Assembly (NCBI GenBank): GCA_051941275.1
Contig: JAVEBF010000041.1
Coordinates: 1-41,364, forward strand
Reading direction: 5' to 3'
DNA: 41,364 bases
Source of the DNA: Dirinaria sp. TL-2023a
Lineage: Eukaryota
Position numbers and translations under genes: made by a program. The notes under the pieces were generated by a model, which saw nothing but the letters and a program-made list of their open reading frames with translations, was not told the DNA's origin and did not search any database. Positions 34,798 through 41,364 of the stretch are shown one piece after another (the stretch's first letter is position 1; every line of letters begins with the position of its first letter).

Positions 34798-36641
34798 ATG
34801 GCGTTAGGCGCGAATTCCGACGTCATTGACACCTCCAATACTCATGGCACCGGGGCCAAAGACAACCAATTTTCTCAATATGGCGCTGACGGTACCTTTG
34901 CAGCTGATCCTGAGAAGGCTGATACCAAAATGCGGAAAATGAGTCGCGTCGGTGGTCCGATCCCAGGCATTGCGGGCGACTCCGACGTCGACTCAACCCT
35001 CAGTGTGGGAAAGCAGTTGGAGCTCGAACAAACCAATTCGATCAAGTACCGGACCTGTTCGTGGCAAAAGGTATAGACAGCATTCCCTTGATCCCCCGCT
35101 GGTACAAACAAGTTATTCAAGGGGAAGCGCGCCCAAATTTTCCGAAGCAGATCCAGTGACAGCTCCCTTTCTTGTGATTAATTTTGACCATGGTCTACAG
35201 ACAGCTGCGCTACTCTTTGCAGAGTACATCTGCTTGGCGATTATGTCATTCCCGTACTCGTATTCGGTCCTCGGATTGGTGCCAGGTCTTATCATTACGG
35301 TGGTCGTTGCGGCTTTAGTCCTCTACACATCTTTAATCGTCTGGTGAGCGAGAAGCGTCACGTTCCGCAGCTCTCAACTAAAGCAAATAGGGAATTCTGC
35401 CTGCGACACCCTGAAGTGCGCGATGTCTGCGATCTTGGCCAGATGCTATACTTTGGCTGGCGGTGGGTATGGTACGGAACTGCGGTGATGTTCCTACTCA
35501 ATAATACTTTCATTCAAGTAAGCGTGAGACCGCTACACTTAGATATTCTTCTAGCTGACGAGCTTAGGGTCTCCACGTCCTGACAGGGGCTAAGTACCTC
35601 AATACTATGACCAATGGTGGTCTCTGTACTATCAGCTTCTCTGCCATCATGGCGGTCATATCCTGGGTCTGTTCCTTGCCTCGAACCTTCGACACACTTT
35701 CCAAGCTTGCCACCTTCTCGGCCTTCTTCACATTCATCTCCGTCCTTCTCGCGGCCATCTTCGCTGGCATCGAAGCTCATCCTTATGGCTATAACACTGG
35801 TGGGAAGACAGGCACGCTGGTAGGGGAGCCAACCGTTCTCGCGGTACCGGCGAAAGGCACCACCTTCGTCAGCGGCATGAATGCTTTCCTAAATATCAGC
35901 TACACCTTCATTGGGCAAATTACAATCCCTAGCTTCATTGCGGAAATGAAGAATCCCAAAGATTTCCCCAAAGCTCTTTGGGCGGTCACCATTTGTGAGG
36001 TTATCGTTTTTGGATTGTGCGGTTCCGTCGTCTATGCCTACACGGGAACTCAATATAATACAGCTCCGGCGTTCGGCTCGTTGGGCAACGAAGTTTATAA
36101 GAAGGTTTCGTTTTCGTTCATGATTCCGACTCTGATCTTCCTGGGTGTCCTCTACGCCTCGGTGTCCGCGCGATTCGTCTTCTTCCGGATATTCGAGGGA
36201 ACTCGTCACAAGGGCAGCCACACTGTCATTGGTTGGGCGTCATGGGCCGGCATCTTGGCTGTGCTGTGGATCGTTGCGTTTATCGTCGCCGAGGTCATCC
36301 CGTTCTTCTCGGATCTCCTGTCCCTGATGAGCTCACTCTTCGACTCGTTCTTCGGCTTCATCTTTTGGGGGACGGCGTACATTCGTATGCGACAAGCAGA
36401 TTACGGCCCAGGATGGATCAGCCGCAGAGGGATCCGTGGGCTTTCAGGGTTCCTGCTGAACGTGATCATCATCCTCATTGGATTGTACATGCTCAGCGCC
36501 GGTACATATGTAAGTACTATCGCCTCAATCTCGAGTGGACGACCATTGATACAAGCGCAGGCCACAGTCCAAAGCATCATTGACAACTATAGGGATAACC
36601 AATTTGGAAGCGCTTTCACGTGTTTGAGCAATGGGCTTTGA
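34798..36641 (+). CDS. mtr: Neutral amino-acid permease (Aa_trans/AAAP family, Neurospora mtr-like), 5 exons
   Basis: IKYRTCSWQK|TAALLFAEYICLAIMSFPYSYSVLGLVPG, EFCLRHPEVRDVCD, FLNISYTFIGQITIPSFIAEMKNPKDFPKAL. Confidence 0.9.
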
Positions 36642-36976
36642 GGATGAGTACATAGTTTGCGGTGCACACAGGTGACTAGGTATAGACACTGCGTACACAT
36701 GGGATAACGCTCGAGGCCCAAAATGCCATATTAGTATCAAATTGTTCAGTCTTTTGATTATTCAGAATTAATAATAACGTATGGTTCAGTTGAAGTATTT
36801 TGCACAGCTTTCTCCGACTCTGTCGCTTGCAACCATTGGTTCTCCCTCAGCTTCCTCCTTGCTCTACCCGCCCAATTACGAGGACTGTTCATAAGGCCGC
36901 GCTTATCGATAAGCGACGAAGCTCCCCTGAGTGGGGAGCAGAGAGAGATCAACTCAACCAGAATCAGGCCCTTCTC

Positions 36977-37000
36977 TAAGTAATTCAATAAGTAATTCAA
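36977..37000 (+). repeat. Exact tandem duplication (TAAGTAATTCAA)x2
   Basis: Read directly, just upstream of GCV1. Confidence 0.85.
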
Positions 37001-37046
37001 ATAATCGTCATCCGCAAATGCAGTGAGCCATTGCATTGGCCACAAC

Positions 37047-38625
37047 ATGAAACCAATGGACCTCTTTCCCGTCTTCAGCGCAACCCTCCGCCTCCGCCCG
37101 TTCAGCTTGCCCCGAAAGCATCTTCTCTCCAGCGCTCGGCGCATTCGCACAGTCCACAATTTGAGTTATAGCAGAAGTCCAAAGTATATCTTCGAAGAAT
37201 GCAATGGCAAGGGCCAAAAGATAAGAGAAGGTCTCCATGGCATCAGGCGCCGCACCAATTGCACTGCCCAGCTTCAACCGCTGCTCCCATGTTCAACGCT
37301 ACAACACAGACGCGCTTCCACTTCGAGCGATGCTTTGAAACGGACCGCGCTCTACGATCTACACGTTGCCAATGGCGGCAAAATGGTTCCCTTTGGGGGA
37401 TTCTCAATGCCCGTCCAATATGCAGATCTAAGCATAAGCGAAAGCCACAAGTGGACGCGAGAGAAGGCCAGTCTCTTTGACGTTGGACACATGTAGGATT
37501 CCCATGATTTCTATCTTTGGTAGGGCGGTGCGAGAATGACACGGCCACTATAGGGTACAGCACCGCTTTTCCGGCCCAGGCGCTTCGTTTCTGCTCGAGA
37601 AGGTCACGCCTTTCTCCGCCGCTGCTCTTGCACCCTACCATTCTACGCTGTCGTGTCTTTTACATCCCGGTTCAGGTGGTATCGTAGACGACACCGTCAT
37701 CGCAAGGCTTGGCCCGGAGACATTCTACGTCGTCACGAATGCTGCCTGCCGGGAGAAAGATCTTGCCTATTTGACAGAGCAGATTGAGAATTATCAGTCG
37801 AATAACCCAGATGCGGGGAAGATTGATTGGCAGGTTCTTGACGGGTGGGGCCTCATAGCCCTGCAAGGCCCGTTGAGCGTGAACGTCCTCCAAGACGTGC
37901 TTGAATCCCTTGGCACAGAAGACATCTATCTCCCAGCTTTGTATTTTGGTCAATGCAAACACGTGATCGTCCAACTGCCGTCCAAGGAGCTGGACCCTGC
38001 GCCTATACTCATTAGCAGGGGTGGCTATACTGGCGAAGATGGCTTCGAGATTTCCGTTCCTTCCCATCTGACTGCTCCTTTCGCCGAGTACCTCCTGAAG
38101 AGGGCTGGCCCAGAACAGCTGAGACTGGCAGGTTTGGGCGCAAGAGATAGTCTTCGCCTGGAAGCAGGGATGTGCCTCTATGGACATGATTTGAACGATG
38201 AAACGACGCCAGTAGCAGCTGGCTTGAGCTGGGTTGTGCACAAAGACCGCCGCGTAGCTGGAGAGTTCCATGGCGACGAAGTCATCCTGAGAGAACTTCG
38301 ACCGGCCAAGGAAGGCGGAAAGGGACCGGCACAGAGACGGGTGGGCCTGATCGTTGAAGGAGCGCCAGCGAGAGAAGGATCAGTGATAGTTGGTCATGAT
38401 TTGGGTAACGGAGAGAGCCCGGAGGTGGGCAGAATCACCAGCGGTTGCCCAAGCCCAACCCTAGGGAAGAACATCGCCATGGGTTACGTCCAATCCGGGC
38501 ACCATAAAGCCGGGACGAAGCTCGGAGTGGTTGTCCGTGGGAAGCGGAGAGAGGCCGAGATAGTCAAGATGCCCTTCGTCCCAAGCAAGTACTGGAAACA
38601 GGCAGCCGGAACGGCTCCTGCATAA
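37047..38625 (+). CDS. GCV1: Glycine cleavage system T protein (aminomethyltransferase), mitochondrial; one intron about 37493-37553
   Basis: [10 protein letters not shown]...[73 protein letters not shown]. The start codon could be 37047 or 37056. Confidence 0.95.
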
Positions 38626-38884
38626 GCCTCAAGATACCCTGCGATGTTATTTGCCATCTTCTGGAATGATTTAACATCTTTCTAGGCCGTTGCACCTCAA
38701 AAGTATATATCCTCTAAAATACTGATTTCATATTGTCTGTAGCTGAAGCAAGCTTCAATGCAAAGCATGTTGACAGCTGCCCCTGGATTAGGAATTGAGT
38801 ATTGGCCAGAAGTTCATGATTATTGAACTAATTCATGAATCGGTCGAGTGATAAATCTTCGTCCCCACCCCATAGGATATTCCT

Positions 38885-38985
38885 CGTGATATAAGGTATC
38901 TATCTACCTTAGATCTCTATCTCTACCTACCTGGTACTCGTACATTCGGTAAGTTAAGGTATCTTACCTCAAGGTACCTTAGAAG
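38885..38985. repeat. Third AGGTA/TACCT motif cluster (AAGGTACCTT at 38971-38980; TAAGGTATCTTA at 38955-38966)
   Basis: Read directly, between GCV1 and CUS2. Confidence 0.7.
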
Positions 38986-39134
38986 ACGCCGCCGTGACCC
39001 TATAACAACCCTAGACTACAGTACATGCCTTATGAATGAAGAAACCACACTTAAGAATAGACATTGTCATTCTACCCAGTCCACCTGCTGTACTCATCAT
39101 TGTCCTTCCAGTTGATATTTACCAGATAACCTCA

Positions 39135-40706
39135 ATGGCGGCCAACAACGCTTCTAGTAGATCTCCAGACCCTCAGCCTTCCAGCTTCCCCACCAACCCC
39201 GAAGATTTCGATGCCGATTCCCGCATCTCCTTCTCGAAGCTGGACAACAAGTTCATACTGGAAGCTGACGATGGGCAAGAGTTCGAATTTGATAACGCAC
39301 TGAAAAGATGGATTCCAGCGGTACGCGCTCCTCCTACGCAACCGAGGGTGTTCCCCCCAGCAGACCACATATTGTCATAAAACCGGGCGGTGGATTCTAA
39401 TACGTAACATTGTTCGGTTGCTGGAATACAGTTGGACGATGCTCTCTTAGAACAACAGAGACAGGCGTATGCCGTCAAAGGCGTGGATGAGTCGGAGCCG
39501 GCCCAGCAGCCGAAGAAAAGAAAGCAAGCTTATACCAATGGCGAGGATGTGGGTACCATTGACATCCGTCTCCTATCCGCGCTCACGGATCGGAACCTCG
39601 TGCTGATGGGTTCCTCCTGGAATATAGGAAGTCGGAGGTCGAGCAAATACTTCCAAGAAACAAAAGCCAGCCGCGGAGCCCAGAGAACGTAAAAACACTG
39701 CCGTCTACGTAACATCGCTCCCACCAGATGTCAGCGTCTCAGAAGTCAAAGATATCTTTTCGCGATGCGGCGTGATCGCCGAAGAAATCGACAGCGGCAA
39801 GCCTCGCATCAAACTCTATACCAACGATGACGGCACCTTCAAAGGTGATGCACTCATCGTCTATTTCCGCGCCGAGAGCGTCGATCTGGCAATTCAGATG
39901 CTGGATGATACTGATTTTAGGCTGGGGCGCCCCGCCCCTACTGGCAAGATGAAGGTCGCTGCTGCCGACTTCAGCTATAAAACCCAGAAGGATGCCCCGG
40001 CGAAGAGCAGTAACAAGGACAAGCAAAAGATTATTAAGAAGACGCAGAAGCTGAACAAGTAAGCTCAGGGGCTGGGAACTGCCATAACATGACCTTACTG
40101 ATTTTGCTCGACAGTAAGCTTGCTGATTGGGATGATGACGACCCACAAGCTATGCAAGAGACCAGCTCGCGCTGGGACAAAGTCGTTATCCTAAAGCATA
40201 TGTTTACTTTGCAAGAACTAGAAGTACGTCTGTCCCCCTAATATCCCCATACACCCTTGTAATGTCGATCCTTTCGCTATTCGACCGGGGTCCTGTATAG
40301 ATCTCTTAATATGTGTCTCATTTCCCTCACATTTCATGTCTTTTACGCTTACCCTCATGCGCCGTTACAGGAAGATCCTGCCGCCATGCTCGAAATAAAA
40401 GAAGATATCCGCGACGAGTGTGCTAAAGTGGGTGAAGTCACGAATGTTGTCCTGTTCGACAAAGAATCCGACGGCGTCGCAAGCGTTCGCTTCGGCAATG
40501 CTGAAGCAGCGCAAGCGTGCGTCAGGCTTATGGATGGCCGCTTTTTCTCCGGCCAAAAGCTTGAGGCTTACATTGCAGATGGAAACGAAAAGTTTAAGAA
40601 GAGTAGCGAGAAGAAGGGTGGGGTTATTGGAGATGATGATAATGCTGACGAGGAAGGAAAGCGGCTGGACGAGTTCGGGAAATGGTTGGAGGAGGGAAAG
40701 GAGTAG
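39135..40706 (+). CDS. CUS2: U2 snRNP-associated RRM/UHM protein Cus2/Uap2/Tat-SF1, 5 exons
   Basis: NTAVYVTSLPPD...FSRCGVIAEEIDSGKPRIKLY...FKGDALIVYFRAESVDLA, KLADWDDD, VVILKHMFTLQEL|EEDPAAMLEIKEDIRDEC. Confidence 0.93.
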
Positions 40707-40907
40707 GTGACATGGCCAGCGAGCGAGTCTTTGGTTGTATCCGGGTTTCCACCAGTGTCTGGCTAGTTGCTTCTCAGCATGGAGTCGGGAAACAAAATAG
40801 TTTATTTCAGAACGCCAACAGCATGATTTCATTCAATCCATTCTCAAAGCTCTCGTGGCTCCATCTAACCAGGAGATGAAAGGAAGACATAGCTTGTCCT
40901 ACACCAA

Positions 40908-41364
40908 CTATTCGTTTCCATCGTCCCCAAAGGAAGTCTTCACCACTCCCGTATCAACATCTGCCAGGATCTCTGGTCTGTGGTTGCCTGTCTTGGCTTT
41001 TCGCGAGGACGGGGGAGGCTCCTCACTTTCCTTCCAAAGTAGGTAGTCATGCAGTCCCTAATACTTCGACCCAACGGTTAGATATTCGAGTAAAATCAAT
41101 CTCATATCCACCGCGGTCATTGAGGGGAGCATATGTTTTACTACTCACCACTAACACCACCACCGGCGGCAGAATATCACCACCCTCCAGGAACCTCTTC
41201 TTTGAAGTATTAGACCTTTCTGGACCGCTCCCGCCCACCCTCCTCCCCTTCCCCTGGTATTTTCTTCTATCAAAACTCCGCTCGAACCTGGAACCCCTTA
41301 CAAATGCACTCCATCCCCATCCGCACCATCCCCATGCTCATCCAGCGCAGCAGCAGCAGCAGCA
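40908..41364 (-). CDS. Possible 3' end of a spliced gene of unknown product
   Basis: Minus-strand splice signals (GTAAGG at 41301, GTGAGT, CTAAT/CTAAC..AG) allow ...FLEGGDILPPVVVLV|GLHDYLLWKESEEPPP...DDGNE*, but the frame is ambiguous. Confidence 0.3.
41347..41364 (+). repeat. (GCA)6 microsatellite running off the window end
   Basis: Read directly. Confidence 0.85.

Noticed and set aside
14910..36641. TF + hydrolase + nitrilase + MFS as a secondary-metabolite cluster
   Set aside because: There is no PKS, NRPS, terpene or RiPP core, and the genes are interspersed with housekeeping genes.

Overview
This is eukaryotic, intron-containing DNA from a filamentous ascomycete (Pezizomycotina). The evidence is short 45-150 nt GT-AG introns with CTRAY branch points and a Zn2Cys6 transcription factor. 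The window is gene-dense, with about 20 genes, mostly housekeeping: prefoldin 5 (partial), an unknown ~720 aa protein, a FLILHELTA/MRX11-like protein, ORC1, PRP46, NAS6, SGM1/TMF1, a Zn2Cys6 TF, prefoldin 1, an unknown fungal protein, a Nit-family amidase, a long alpha/beta hydrolase, a monothiol glutaredoxin, URA5, RPL9, an MFS transporter, an mtr-like amino-acid permease, GCV1, CUS2/Tat-SF1 and a doubtful partial gene at the right end. I found no rRNA, tRNA, CRISPR array, transposase or biosynthetic core enzyme. The most notable signals are: (1) a recurring intergenic AGGTACCT/TAAGGTACCTTA palindromic motif family, two clusters of which form a degenerate inverted pair around the orphan TF; (2) an unknown protein that may have KH-like plus CYTH/SLS1-like domains; (3) GC-AG introns in both genes of the head-to-head PRP46/NAS6 pair; (4) a stop-free in-frame last intron in the nitrilase that would add a hydrophobic C-terminal segment if retained. 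None of these is a demonstrated novel system. Exon boundaries were derived by eye.
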